From: Mytilus trossulus
Lineage: Eukaryota
DNA length: 64,000 nucleotides
Direction: 5' to 3'
Assembly (NCBI RefSeq): GCF_036588685.1
Contig: NC_086376.1
Location: 62,744,001 to 62,808,000 of the forward strand
Part shown: one piece after another, positions 50,154-64,000 of the stretch
Numbering within the stretch: position 1 is the stretch's first letter
Layout: each line of letters begins with the position of its first letter
Notes under the pieces: generated by a model
What the model was told of the DNA's origin: nothing
The model's database searches: none
Seen by the model: only the letters and a program-made list of their open reading frames with translations
Translations under genes and position numbers: made by a program

Positions 50154-53100
50154 GACTAATGTGTGTGTTAACGAAAGAGAAATCTCGTATTAAGGCCTCA
50201 ATGTTTAAAGTTTTCCAAATCGTAACCAATTCCAATGTTGCCGTTCCAAATATATAGGTTCACTGGGTTATAACATTTAAAAAATCGGCTGGAATATCAC
50301 GTAATGACTTTTGATAATAAATAACAATTCAGAGATACGCTTTTAACCTTTGTAAGACGAAACGTCACACGATCCAATGATATGCTTTTACCGTTGTAAA
50401 ACAAACCGTCAGACGATTCACTGCACATCTGATTTTAACAAAGCATTGAAAATGTGAATAATTACAATCCACCAAGTTGGCCCCAAAAAAATAAGAATAT
50501 TACCATTAATACATCCATTTTCTGGTAATGTACTCTTTAAAATTATGTATAGAATAATATTAAGAAAAAGAATAGAACTATTCCATCTGCTGTCCAACTG
50601 ATTTTTTTTTTCTTTTTATAAAATTAACTTCAATAGTGCAGAACAGCGCAATTTAGATAAAAAAAAATATGATTAATTGCGCGTAATTGAAATTTAGGAG
50701 TCTCAAATATTAGCGTTACTAGATTTTGGTGATATTCCTAAATGTCATTGGGATGTTTGAAAACACATATTGTTTTCCTTCAGACTGTTTCGGTTGTCTT
50801 TCCGGTGAATTAAATACCACAAGGAGGAAGTTATCAATAGAGCAGAATAGCACAGATAAAGATATTCTTCATACAAAATATATTGCATACTTGATTTAAT
50901 TAGGCAAAAAATAGCCTATATGCAAATTGTCAGCAAAATGTCAATACGAGATCAAAACTGTATTGTATGCCCTTAACTTCTCATCATCTTCTTAACTTTC
51001 TATTACATATTTTTTAAATGGCGTTTTTTCTCTCTTTCATCTCCGTTTTTTCCGCTTGATCACCAAAAAGAGACAAACAGTTATATGAACTACTGCATAA
51101 CTTAGCCTTTCTGAATCCTGTAATGGGAGACCTCTGGAGCTCCTGATATTGAAGGAGTGGTAACATGTTTACAATCCTCAGTTAAATGTATATATAGTAA
51201 TTTGTATATTATTTGTTGTATTTGTGACTTATATTCCTGAAGCGATGGACCGTCTATCTTTCGAAGTATGGTTGTTATTACTTCTATGGCATATGCTTAA
51301 TTTTAATAGTATATAAATATATATCTTTGATTATACATATTTCATCTAAAAATTGCAAAACACAAATAAATAAAATTTCTTTTTATTTTCAGAAATAAAA
51401 ACAATATTAGTCTATTTTGCAATCAAAACGGGTAAAATGCATATACAAACATTTCTTACGATAAAAAAAACTATTCATAATAAAATTTCTAACAATAAAG
51501 CTTAAACATGTTGCATCATTTCTTCGATATTGAAATACAAAATAAAATGACAATTGTAAAATGTTTCAACAAACTCTACATATAAAACTTGAAACAAGTT
51601 GTTATATAATTTACCTCAATATTTCCCTTTTTTATACCTTTAATAATAAAAGGACATCACCTTTAACGTTTTCACAAATTGAATTGGGACGTCAACATTT
51701 GTGTCAGAAGCATCTCTGTACTTGTGGGCGATTGCAAAATTCATGTTTTCAAGTATGTTACCGTCTTTTTTATTTACAAGATCACTTTCCTATAAAATAG
51801 ATTTCTTGTTATATCTTATATTTTAACTATTATTTGCTGTCTATTGTTAGGTTAAATAAACACAACCCGTACCCTTTATGTCGCTTAGAAAACCGAGAGG
51901 TTGTTTTAACATATTTTTATCTGATAAAAGAGAGATAACTCTAATATATAAAAAAAGATTTCCCGCCACAAATAAAAATGCATTAATTACTAGTAAGTCA
52001 GTTAAGCTATTAAAGTCTGATATCATGGCAAGTAGAAATTTGAGTCTCTTGTCCGGGGATTTCAGTCATAATAATTCATACTTAAAAAATAAAAATGAAG
52101 TGCAAATGAATAAATAGAATTAATAAATATTCCAACTGCATCAGTTAACATTACAAGGTTCTTTCATTCACAGTCAGAGCATGTACAATAGAGACATAAA
52201 CAAAATACTTTAGTAACAGGTAGAAATTCCACAATAGGAACGATAACTCTAGTATAAAATTCACATTACATATAACGTTTTCACATTTAGGTCTAAATTA
52301 TGTTGAACATATCCGACTCGATCCCCATTATGAAAACAAATCTTACATTGTAAACATGTGTGTTATGTTGATTTTTTAGCTTACGTCTACATCTATATGT
52401 TTGTTTATATCAAGCATTCGTGTTTACATACACTATACGTTTGTTCTCTTTATGGAATATAAAACAAGTAAACACAACGGTGAAAATGTCACTAAATGTC
52501 AACAATCGATGTTTAAGTTAATACAACAGTAGCAGTGGCATAATTTTCCTTCAAAAAAGTAATTCTAAATATCAAGAGGATATTCAATAATTTAAATAAG
52601 AAATGCCATTTCTAATAACTTATATACATCACATGCTGTTATAGTACAGTAGAATGTAGTACAACTTAGAATTCTGTGGTAGAAACCAATTATTTTCTAC
52701 AAATTTGGATACTATTTCGTATATTTTTTGAATATTCAGTTAGAAAATCCAATATTTTATTCAATTTTTACAACGATGAAAATGTTCTCTTGATATAAAA
52801 GAGTTCTTTGAGATGCAGTGTACGCATTAATTTTCTTGAATTACAAACACAGAAACTTCTACCAAAGATGAAAATTAGCAGTTACAACAGCAAGCATGGT
52901 ACAAGAAATAAAATAATCATTTCACTCTCAATTAGCCGAATCACAAACTATGTGATCTGCATTTTTTTCCACTACAAACACACATAATTATATATAAACA
53001 ACAGAGTGTAAATCAATTTGTACAGGCAAATGTAAAATAACTGTTTTCCAGTCCACTGATAGTTAACTCTTTTCCCAATCAATATGCATTATGTGTATTG

Positions 53101-53885
53101 GAATAGAAGCAATATTCACACGGGCAAATTGTAAAGTAAAAGAATGTAATTCAATAAAAAATCCAATAATGTTGATCTTTCTGCTAGAATTTCCTTTGTA
53201 ACAACATAGCTGTTCAAATGAAAAACACATCCAATAGAAACCCTGAGATATTATCAGAGCTACATTTAGTGTTACGAGTTACTTATTTCACAATATGAAG
53301 TGTTTACTGTTTCGTTCTGTGGAAATATTTACATGCTGCATGAAAGTGTACTGCTCTTAATTATCTGGAGAAATTTATTTTGTAACATTCATATCCGTTT
53401 TAGTATCTCAATTATGTCTTTAAAGGAACAAAAGGGGGAATATGAGTGGATAAACGGTATACACCAGACACCATTCTCGTGGGTGTATTTATCAACAGTG
53501 TAATCTCGCTTACCCAAAGCTTGTTTCTCATATGTACACAGTTCAAATGATTCCGTCCATATTACAAGTATATAAAATAAGATAAGATATATATGTTAAA
53601 TTCATACTATTTAGAGAAAATCTCGTTCACATTACATGCATAATAAACTCATACCATTTTAAGAAAATCTCGTTCACATTATATGCATATTAAACTCAAA
53701 CGTTAAAGAAAATCTCAGTGGCTCTATAATTATTGCTTTGTAATAAATAACAGTATTGAAGTATATAATGATAGTACAGTTTCTTTAATGATAGCTTTGT
53801 AACCAAATTATAAAAGTAAAAAGCTGTATCCCCCTTGTTCTTTAAAAACCCTCCCAATATTTTGTCATTTAAAACATAAATTAAT

Positions 53886-56800
53886 TCACGTTGATGTTGT
53901 GACGTATTTTCTTCGATTTCCTCCTTTCTCGTTACTCTCAGAGGTAGATGGGGGTGGAGCTCTGAAAAAAAGAGAGAGAATAAATAAACTCATCATAGAT
54001 AATAGGATTGACTGAAATTTTATTTTTACGCCAGACGCGCGTTCGTCTACAAAAGACTCATCAGTGACGCTCGAATAAAAAATGTTCAAAAGGACAAATA
54101 AGTACAAAGTTGAAGAGCACTGGTAAACGATTTCAAAAGGCAAGATGCAGGTTAGTTCTCATATATTTTATGAAACATTATTTCAATTTTGTCTGATTTC
54201 GAACTATAAGGAAAACGAATCATATGGAGCACATGACGGTTTATGCATCTTATCTCAAAAAGGTGTTTATCTTCTTAACAATAAATCTTTTGAAATTTTA
54301 AGACAGAAACTTGTTACCCCATTCAAGTCCGAGTCGGATAATTCCATGTTTTGTATACGGACTTTACTCTGACAACCAAAGTCACACTATTATAGTAGTC
54401 CACACAATAGGCCGACGGATGTCAGCCAAGGATAGTTTTCAAGAAACACGTTTGATGCAGACAGTCAGCAATCAAACTTGTACGAGAGAATCGCGTTTTT
54501 ATAATTACGTAATCGGTACCATTTTTTCTACACCCGATGCGTACTTCGGCAATTAATGTCTCTTCAGTGAAACTATAACAGACGACGAAGAGTAAATAAA
54601 AATAAAATTGAACCAAAGCCTTAACCATAAATAGCATGATTTACATGTGGAAGGCTACTTATGAATAACTTACAATGGTGTTGAGTCCTTTTTCTTCCTG
54701 CCACAAAGAATGATAATCAAAAATAAAGCTAAAACTTCCACTATTATACCGATGGCTGGCCATAAAGGTGCAAGTTTACCTGGAAATAAAACAAATAACA
54801 TGAAATATTGTAAACAATCATCTTTTAATTTATTTATTTTTATTAACGTTAACTTTATCGTCCTGAACATGAATGAAATATTTGTCACTGGACGTTAAGC
54901 CACCAACAATCCATCAATCAATAAGTTTTACCGTCCCAATTATCTTTCAATTCATACACGTGGACTTCGCAATGACATAGTCGTTTATCAGTACCACACT
55001 GTTATGATTATTTACTGACTTTGTTTTATTTGAAAGGCATAAAACGTATATATATACAAATTGAAGGAAATCATATGCTTCACAACATGATAGTCTCTTC
55101 ACATGGTAATGCCCAAGTTTAAATTTTGTAAAACAGGTCAAAAATTTGGGTTAATATTGTTTTATATTTTTTTTAATTTTTTTTTACTTTTATTGAGATT
55201 TTTTTCCTCGTATCATCCAATCAAACAACGTTGCTGTAAATTTAAAATCCTGGTTTCAAATACTCGAAAATTATCTACAACTAAAAGGGAAAAATAAATC
55301 CAATTTCCAGAAAACGATCGGAACTTCACATGTGTGCCGTTTACTCGAAAAAAATTCCATAGCTTATGATAACCAGATGCTCTGCAGGGCGCAGTTTTAT
55401 ACGACCGCAGAGGTCGAACCCTGAATAGTTGGGGCAAGTATGGACACAAGATCTAATGAATTTAAAAAAAAAATCTTGCATTTGAGAATACACTATGCTG
55501 TTAAATATAAATCCATAAAAAAAAATATTTGAAGAAAAATTCTTTTTTAATTTCCAAATCTGAAATGAGAAATATTTTACTCCCACCCCTCCCCATTTTT
55601 TTCACCTCCCCCAATTCCTTAATCCAAAAATAATCTCAATTCCAATGTCTAATTAAGTTGGCACCTATAAATACTTATTTAAATTCACTAAGTATTAACT
55701 TTATTGATTTCTGTTTACTTATACTAAAGTTATTATCCGGAAACCACCCGTCTTCGGACGACGACGACGTGATACCAATATAGTTTTTTATTTACAACCG
55801 CAAATTTTTTTATGGTTGTATAAAAATTAACAAAAAAGAATACAATAAAACAAACTTGTTTAAACCCGCTGCATTTGTTTATCATTTGTCCGGAACCTGA
55901 TGTTCAGTGGTTAGCGTTTTTTCATTTGGTTCACAGCTATGTGTTTCTGGTTTCTTATATTTTCCTATACAGTTGGGTTTCTAGTTTGAATGGTTTTACA
56001 TGTCATTTTTGGGGCGCTTTAAATAGCTGGCTGTTCATTGTGATCCAAAGCTGCGTTTTAAAGACCACACTTTGACCTATAATGGTTTACTTTTACAAAT
56101 TGTGACTTGGATGGAGCCGGAGTTGTCATAATTGGCATTCATACCACATCTTCATGTATCTATTGACTTACTTTTTACACGAACTAAGTGTTTGAATGTA
56201 GCTTCTCCTGAGTACCATTTAGCTGTACACATATAATGTCCTCTATCTTCTGGTGTAAGATCTGTTATTGTCAATTTTCCATTTGTTGTTGTTGTACCAT
56301 CCACAGAATAACTTGCTCGTTCAAGCTTTTCCAATTCAGGAGTTACGTCTCTTGACCACGTGACGTTAGCCATCAATGCACTTAATATTGGACATAACAG
56401 TTCAAGTTTTTCACCTTCTGTGTAAACACTAGAAGTCGTCTTGAAATTCTTTTGATCTTTTTCTTTCGTATCTGGAATGATATTAAAACGAAACATTGTT
56501 GTTAAACGGTGTAGGTTTATTTTATACATTAACAAGTTCAAACGCGACGACTCAGTCGCCAGCACGAACCCCCAAAACTTAATTATGGATGATTTTATTT
56601 AGAAGGGCTACATATCCTGCTCCACAAGTGCATGGCAACCGTCGCGTTATCCATAATCCATTGTGCGTATACAAATCGGAGTTGATTCTCATCAGGTGAT
56701 ACCTTATAAATGGATAACGAGGACAATTATAGAACATAACGACCGTACAAAGGCTGCATAGCCAGTCAAGGTCGTTAAAAACTTCCATTTGTTGTATCTT

Positions 56801-59800
56801 AATACTTAAAAGACGAGGTCCAATTTGTCAGCCGTCATCACGTCAAATCGACGATTCAAAGAATTCAACTAATATAGTACAAAGGTGTAGATTAAAAATT
56901 ACATCACTCCAGGTCCTTTTGTTTTTCACGTAATTAATATTGCCAATAATTAAGAAGTTCCGGGTCGAGTCCGATACCGATACCAATAGTATATTCACCT
57001 GTTACCTATTACCTTATCTGTACGTTCCGCATCTGACAGGCGCACCACCAAACGGTGTATTCAGGATTAATATGCTATATACACGGGTCATAATCACAGG
57101 GTTGACACTACTAAATTGTCAAATTGTTACCTATTGTACTATTTTAATCAGTAAGACTTTCTAAGAGGTTAACAATACGAATACTAAAAAACTGGACTAA
57201 AAATAAGGCGTATAGGTACAGTTTTCAATTTGTCAGCTGGTATGACGTTAAACAGCGAATCAAAGAATTCAACTTTATTCATAACTCATAAAGGACAATG
57301 CTGTTGATTAAAAAATACTCCTTTCCAGGGACTTTTGTTTTCCAAATAAAATTAATAATACCAATAATTGATAAGTTCCATTTGACGGGTTCAAACAGAA
57401 AGATGTTGAAAGCATAGAAAACTGTGCATCTTATAATCGGCATGACTTTATCAGATGACAATACCAATACTAAAATAAGGCTTATGCATATTTATATTCT
57501 TTCATTCAATCACAGACCCACAATATCACGGGTGTGTTCTAGTAGAACATATTCTTGGACGTGGTCAGCTGTGACACAGATACTTCACAACGGCTAACCT
57601 ACGTGTACATAATGGCGTCCGTAATCTTACGATCGGATAACTTTACAACATTATATCTTATGAATTATTGTTTCAATAGCTTTCTAGAAAGTAGCAATAC
57701 TATCCTCTATCAAGGAAATAGTAATTGTAAAAGTGAACTTTTTAATGTTGTTTCAACTGTGAGATATATTCTCAATAAACAGACGATGCAACGAAATGTT
57801 GCTAAATAGAGATGGAAATTGACCCTGTCGTACGAATTGAGAGTACTCGCAGTTACTGAACATCGACCAATATCATCCCTCGGGCTGAAATTCGTATCTC
57901 GGATGATACGGCATGTGATACGGATTCTCCTATGTATTGTTTTCTATATACTAGACCCCTAAGTGGTTTATGTCCATTTCGAGATTTTTAAATATTCTAA
58001 ATAAGAAATAGCTGGTATTATTATACATAAAAACACTTTTAAATATTCTAAATGAGAAATAGCTAGTATTATACATAAAAACACAAGTGGTGTGTTATGC
58101 GTTCGTCTCAATTCTACAAGCGTATTATCATATGTGAGATGAATGCAATTGTCGCTATTAATAAACATCAAGGCATATCAAATATGTAATCTGTAACAAA
58201 CAATTGGCAGGTAACTATACCTGATCATGCATATAAATATGTTCTTCTGGTTCATATGTTTACCCCTCAACATTTCAACAATAATGGTGACATAACATTT
58301 AAAATACACAAAGGTTTAGATTTCAATTTGATCTTAATAGAGATAAATACAACAACAACAATAATACATAATTCATTTTCGATACTTCTTTAAAGGAGAA
58401 AATAACTCTTTACAGCTTATAAGCTTACCTTTGAACACTTCTATGGATACGGATCGTTCATCAGATGACCCATCAAATTTACAGGTGTATGTTCCGGTGT
58501 CCCCTTCCATAACTTTATCTTTACTTATAACTAGTGTACTTAATTTAGTATTGCTATCAAAACTTCTGGTTTTGGTATAATTTGTGCCAGTTACACTTGG
58601 AATAGAGAACATCAGCTTGTTACTCATATCTGTGCTCGTGGAATGACTACATGTTAAATTGATGCCTGCACCTTCTAAAAACGTCCGCTTTCCCTTTATA
58701 CCTTCAATTTCAACTCCTGAAAAGACAACAATAAACAATTTTGTAGCTATGAACAAGATACCAATAAATGATATATCAATGAAAAATATACGAACAATTT
58801 ATAAATCAAATGAACAATATGTCAATGAAAAGATATCAAAGAACAAGATATTCATGAAAAAAATACCAATACGCAAGATACGAGGTAGCAATACACAAGT
58901 TACAAATACACAAGATATCAATGAACTTGATATCCACGAACAAGATATCAATGAACAAAATATCAAATGCACAAGATATTAATCAGCAAGATATTAGTTA
59001 AAAAGATATAAATGAAAAAAGTCATGCAATAAATCAATGAAAAAGATATCAATGAAAAGAATACCAATGAACAATGCACCAATGAACAAGAAATCAATGT
59101 ACAAGGCATCAATGAACACAAGATATCAACGAACAATACATCAATGAATAAGATATCAATGAACATGATACCAAAGGAACAATCCATTAAATGACCAGAT
59201 ATCAATTAACATTAACAATATAGCCATGGTCAAGTCAGGAATCACGGTGGCAGTTGTTATCAAATAGTCCGTTGTTATATGTGTTGTGGGTTTTTTTTAG
59301 CAGTTCAGTATTTCTGTTGTCCAGTTATTTCCTTATAGTTGATGTCTTTCCCTCGGTTTTAGTTTGGGACGACCCGGAGTTATTTTCGTTTAATCGATTT
59401 ATGACTATTGAACAGCGGTATACTACTATTGTTTTTATTTGGACGGGTATATAAAGAATGAAATTGGATTTTACGTGGTTGGTGATCAGCTGTCCATCTT
59501 AAATCGTTGTCAGAATTGCCCGTTTCTCAAAATCATGTCTTTATATCATCAGTCTGGTTAATTCAGATCTATCGTCACTCGTTCTCCCTTATGAGGATAA
59601 CAAATTCATAGTCAGGGATGTTTTAGTCATTTTGTTAGATTATCTTATTGCATTCAGGATTGTCGTGTAAAAATTCGACAGGTTTTATGGTGCCGCGAAT
59701 TGTCTGTTGTCTAGCAATAGGGAAGACGCAAACGAGCCAAAGACGAAAAAGAAGATTTTTTTTTCAAATTGACATGGTACTGGTTCTAATAAGGGCATGA

Positions 59801-61513
59801 ACATATGTCAACAAAAAGGTAAACTTAAATAAAGATACAAATGTCTGGTGATAAAGCAAAGTCGTTTATTATCAGTTGGTTTGTGTAAAATACAGCTAAA
59901 ACAAGGTAATTAACTATAAATTTAAAATATATGTTGGTTTATCAGCTATAAATATTGTAGACGGATGACTGTATAAGGTGTACGACATTTTTGCTTTATC
60001 ATATTTTGAGATGATAACTTGTGTATGCATGTCATCATTATCTCTTGTAGGTCGGGTTTGTGTTGTTCGATCTTTAATTTCCTATGTTGCTTTTGTAGAC
60101 TGTAAATTAAGTTTTTATCTTATCGTTTTAGTTTTTGACATGGCGTTGTCAGTTTTCTTTTCTTTTCTAGAGTTTGAATCTCCCTGTGATATCTTCCGCC
60201 AGGCTGCCGTTTAGCTATGTTGGGTGTATTCTTTTGTCATTCATGTAACGTTGTGGTCCATCTGATATAGTTTTCGTATTATTTATTTGCTTATGTGCAA
60301 TAGCGTCTAGAGTTTCTAATACTAATAGTAGTCTCAGCACTAATTCAAAGTGGATCCGTCTAATTTTCTCAAGCGACATGACATAAACTCGAGCTCCCAA
60401 CTTATTTTTATCATGTAAATACTGAACCTCAGTATTTTCGCCTAAGGTTACCAATTGGTAAAATTAGAAGGAGGCAACAGTCATTGCTTCACCAGATGTT
60501 TCGATAGCTGATCTTTTTTTCAGATTTCCAAAAATAGAAAGTTAAAGACAAGTTTTAGGCTGACTGATGCCGTTAATCACGTTATTTAACGTTTGATTCT
60601 GATCTGAATATTTTCCCCTGTCTCGTCATTGGCTTATTGTAGCGTGTGGATTGATACTACTTTTTCTAACAAACCTGACGAGTGATGTCAGACAGAATAT
60701 TATATGATGTGTAATTAAGAGATTAATTAATGACTACGTATGTACGTGTGTGGAATGTAAATTGATCAATACAAATAAATGTATTATGTATACTATGTGC
60801 CGGTGAAAATACAAGCCGCATTTTTCATCAACGGTATCATGTTGTATGTGGTGAGACTTTAATAAGCTATTGAATCTGAATCGGTAAAAACATAATCCGA
60901 AAAAAATAATCAGTCGATTGTCGATGTTTTGTGAATTTACATTTTTACAACGGTAAAATGAACGCTAAATCCTTTTGAAATTTTCTTATTTGACTTGTTA
61001 TGAGGGTCTATTGTATACGTACAAACATGAATTTATATAGATTTAACGAGAAGATTTTCTCTATAAAATATTATATATCCGTACAACAGGTTGCCTAAAG
61101 AGAAAAATTTAAATGACGAAATATGATCTTGTTATGGGCTGTATACAATACATGTATCGGTTGATAAGTTTTCTAAAGGGGAAACCCAAATATGGAATTT
61201 CTTAAGTATTTTAAACTGTTCTTCATAACGTAGTACATACAAATCAATCATTCGCCTTGCATATGTTTAATATTCAAATCAGTGCTACCATTTTATAATT
61301 TTATAATGATTATTGAATGTATATATTTAACTTATTATTCAAGGTCATTTATCAGATATTGAAAGCTTTGACCCTTTAATATATAAAAAGAAGTATTATC
61401 TACCTGTAATTCATAAATCTATATAGCCATTTGATGTATAAATATAGCTTACCTGAAACCAGAGATAAAGCCAAGATTCCAAATGTTACAAAAACATGAT
61501 ATTGGTAAAACAT
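53886..61513 (-). CDS. BSG: Basigin/neuroplastin/embigin-family Ig membrane protein; exons 61513-61453, 58716-58429, 56471-56172, 54779-54674, 53961-53886; 276 aa
   Basis: Signal-peptide exon, two Ig exons (C...DTGTYTC; C..W...DRGHYMC), TM exon KLAPLWPAIGIIVEVLALFLIII with the family's intramembrane Glu, and a short tail. All junctions are GT-AG and in frame. The symbol indicates family, not proven orthology. Confidence 0.88.
58750..59210. repeat. Degenerate ~19-20 bp tandem repeat (ATCAATGAACAAGAT core), intronic
   Basis: Repeated ATATCAATGAA(C/A)AA units. Confidence 0.8.
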
Positions 61514-61553
61514 CTTCGTATTATTGAGTGATAAGAAAGCTACATTTACTTAG

Positions 61554-61662
61554 TGACGTCAAACTGTTCTTCCTCACTCTGTTTATATTTGATATCGACC
61601 GGCCGCTTAGTTTACTTTATCTCTCCTACATAACACACGGGTAATCCACAAATCAGGGGCGG
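61554..61662 (-). promoter_or_regulatory. Likely proximal promoter/5' region of the basigin-like gene
   Basis: Perfect CRE TGACGTCA at 61554-61561 and GC box GGGGCGG at 61656-61662, just upstream of the ATG exon. Motif match only. Confidence 0.35.
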
Positions 61663-63352
61663 TAACCCTAATCCAGTTTTTTTTCGGGTGTGAAATGATC
61701 GCTGTATTTTTTAACTATGCGCATCAATTCGTACACAGTTAACACTTGCACATTTGCATGTGCACGTTATTGTACTTGTATTTTATACATGACAATTGAT
61801 GTGTTTTTGATGACATCTGACCAATATAAAGCACTACAGGCTATGTAAAATGACATTTACATGTAAGAGAAAACTTATTAATTTACAAGACAGTTATATC
61901 GTCCCGTGTTATATATAAATCAACAGCCAGTTAATATTGGATAGAACTGTATTGATTCGAGCTTAAAATATCCTATGAATGAGAGCAAATTAACGCAAAC
62001 TGACACCATCGTGAATATCGATCGCAAACTTATCAATGGAAGAAAATTAATGTGTATTAATAACAATATCGCTGAAATCTGTAAATTACAATCGATTTGC
62101 AATGATAATTCACAATTTTTATGTCTTTCTTGGTAAAATATTTGCAGTGGCTGATCCAGGGAGAGGGTTCAGAGGGTTTGAAACCCCCCTTTTTTCAGGA
62201 CAATCAATGCATTTAATTGTAGTTGCAACCCCCACCCCTTTATCATGGGTTCGGACCCCCCTTGTGAAAATGGCTGGATCTTTAATTGATTTGATATGTT
62301 TCGACACATTTTAGTCATAATCATTGTGTTACATATGCACCGTCATAATTTGCCAATTTTTGAATAGTTGCTATTTCTTCCAAAAATAAAGGTTTGTTTT
62401 TTGGTGGTTTTTTTTATGTAATGGCCTAATCACAATCAGGTTGTGTATATGTTGAATTTTTGAATTGAGGACCTATATGCGCCAATATGGTACCCCTGCG
62501 AACTATATTAATTATGTTTTTCTTAACGTGTTTGGTCGATAGTATTACACGAAGAGTCTGGCTAATTTTCTATGTTGGACTCGTAATGTGTTTAATTGGA
62601 AATCATGATCCAAATATATTGAATATGCTGAATAAATGAATCAGTAATCTCAGAAAATATCAAGCGAAAGGCATATGTGCAAACTGTCACATGTCAAGTT
62701 TATTTCCATATTTAAAGAAAATGTTAAACCAGTGGTTACAACAAAGGATTACTTGCGGATAACGCGTTCTGCCATTTAATACCATGCACTCCCGATGGTT
62801 TGCAACTCAGGTTTTATACATCATCGGATATATTGTTGTAATATGCAGGTTACCATGCATAGTGTTCGACTAAAAGATGTTCCCAAACATAAATATATAC
62901 TCCACATATTCAAAATGGCTTTATACAAGACCACGTAACTTTTGAGATTTCTATGTTTAGATACTTTACTCCAAATATATATATAAAAAGGGAATTCCTT
63001 ATGATCAATTATATACAAACAAGTCGTTTCACATAATATGGATTGATATGACAAAATTATAAAAGTAACTATTCGAGCAAAAGAAAAAGAAGAATGAGAA
63101 TCAATTTTGATATTATTCATATGATTGACACAGGTGCCACAGTGGATAAATAGACGATATTTGATTTCGATAATTTTTTGACATTTATATTATAATTTCG
63201 TAAAATTTGTGTTTTTCTTATATTTGCAATATTTCACTTACATATTTTGTTATTGTTTTATTGTGAAAGGTTTTATGTCAAGTTTAGAAGATTAAAGCTT
63301 ATCTAATTCCATGTTTCAATTAGTTTTTCAATTAGCGACATTTTACTTCAAT

Positions 63353-63389
63353 CAGAGACATATAATACAAATTGTATTATATGTCTCTG
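63353..63389. mobile_element. 37-bp perfect palindrome with 7-bp TSD
   Basis: CTTCAAT|CAGAGACATATAATACAAATTGTATTATATGTCTCTG|CTTCAAT. Confidence 0.65.
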
Positions 63390-64000
63390 CTTCAATTCAT
63401 CTATTATTCGTATAAGCATGTTTAATTGCATTATTCAGATTATACAGTTCTATTGTTAATTAGTATCTATGTGCTAAATTTTTTTCTGTAATTCGTTTAT
63501 TGAATTTGTCACTCATTTTGAGAAATATTAGTCATATCTATTCAAGTAATTTTTGGTTTGTTTTCTTATTTCCATATTACAGATTGGATTTAGTATTATA
63601 CATTGAGCAGTTCCCACTTCATGCTGAACTGATTAAAGTATACATCGAGCTAACCAGAGACGGTCGTCTTTAGTTTGCGAGAGTAACTAACAGAGTCAGA
63701 GTCGGTGCATGCAGACAAGTAACTCGAATAATTCAGCGCCCTCTATCGGTCAGTGTCCTCTCGTAGTAGCGATCGATAGTGAGTCGGAATATAACGACTG
63801 GATTATTCGGGTTAGCAGACAAGTAGTATTTATTATTGTGTGTGTGTGTGGTTTCAGTTTTATGCTACTTGTGATGTCGCATGTCTTTGTCTTGAAGCAA
63901 AAGCAAAAACAAATGTTTCTAAAATGTAGTATTTTATGCATAAAAAATTAATAAATAAAGCACACTATTTTGCTTTTGATTATCGTTCTTTATTATTCAA

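Noticed and set aside
58659-59205. ORFs rich in INE/QDI residues
   Set aside because: Derived from an intronic degenerate tandem repeat and the antisense of an Ig exon.

Overview
AT-rich, intron-containing animal genomic DNA. The repeat families and gene styles look like a bivalve mollusc, possibly Mytilus (inference, not proven). Protein genes reconstructed by hand from splice sites: one complete 4-exon universal stress protein (USP) gene (466-3372, +) followed by three head-less partial duplicates; two paralogous 3-exon claudin/PMP22-family tetraspan genes (-); and a 5-exon basigin/neuroplastin-like Ig gene (-). There is one apparently intact two-ORF non-LTR retrotransposon (38.1-42.9 kb) whose ORFs are in frame and separated by a single UAG-CAA codon. 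Many transposon relics, MITEs, Helitron/HINE-like elements and minisatellites are also present, plus one assembly gap. The main discovery is invisible to the ORF track: six ~115-119 nt Pol III-type small-RNA genes (starts 4310, 9116, 13118, 26487, 31379, 35851). Each carries the vault RNA signature (GCUGG..AGUGGUUACUUCG..B-box..GACGCU.UCYAGC-UUUU), a conserved panhandle fold and a shared upstream dyad plus TATA-like module. They form two subfamilies, and four were co-amplified with the 3' half of the USP gene.
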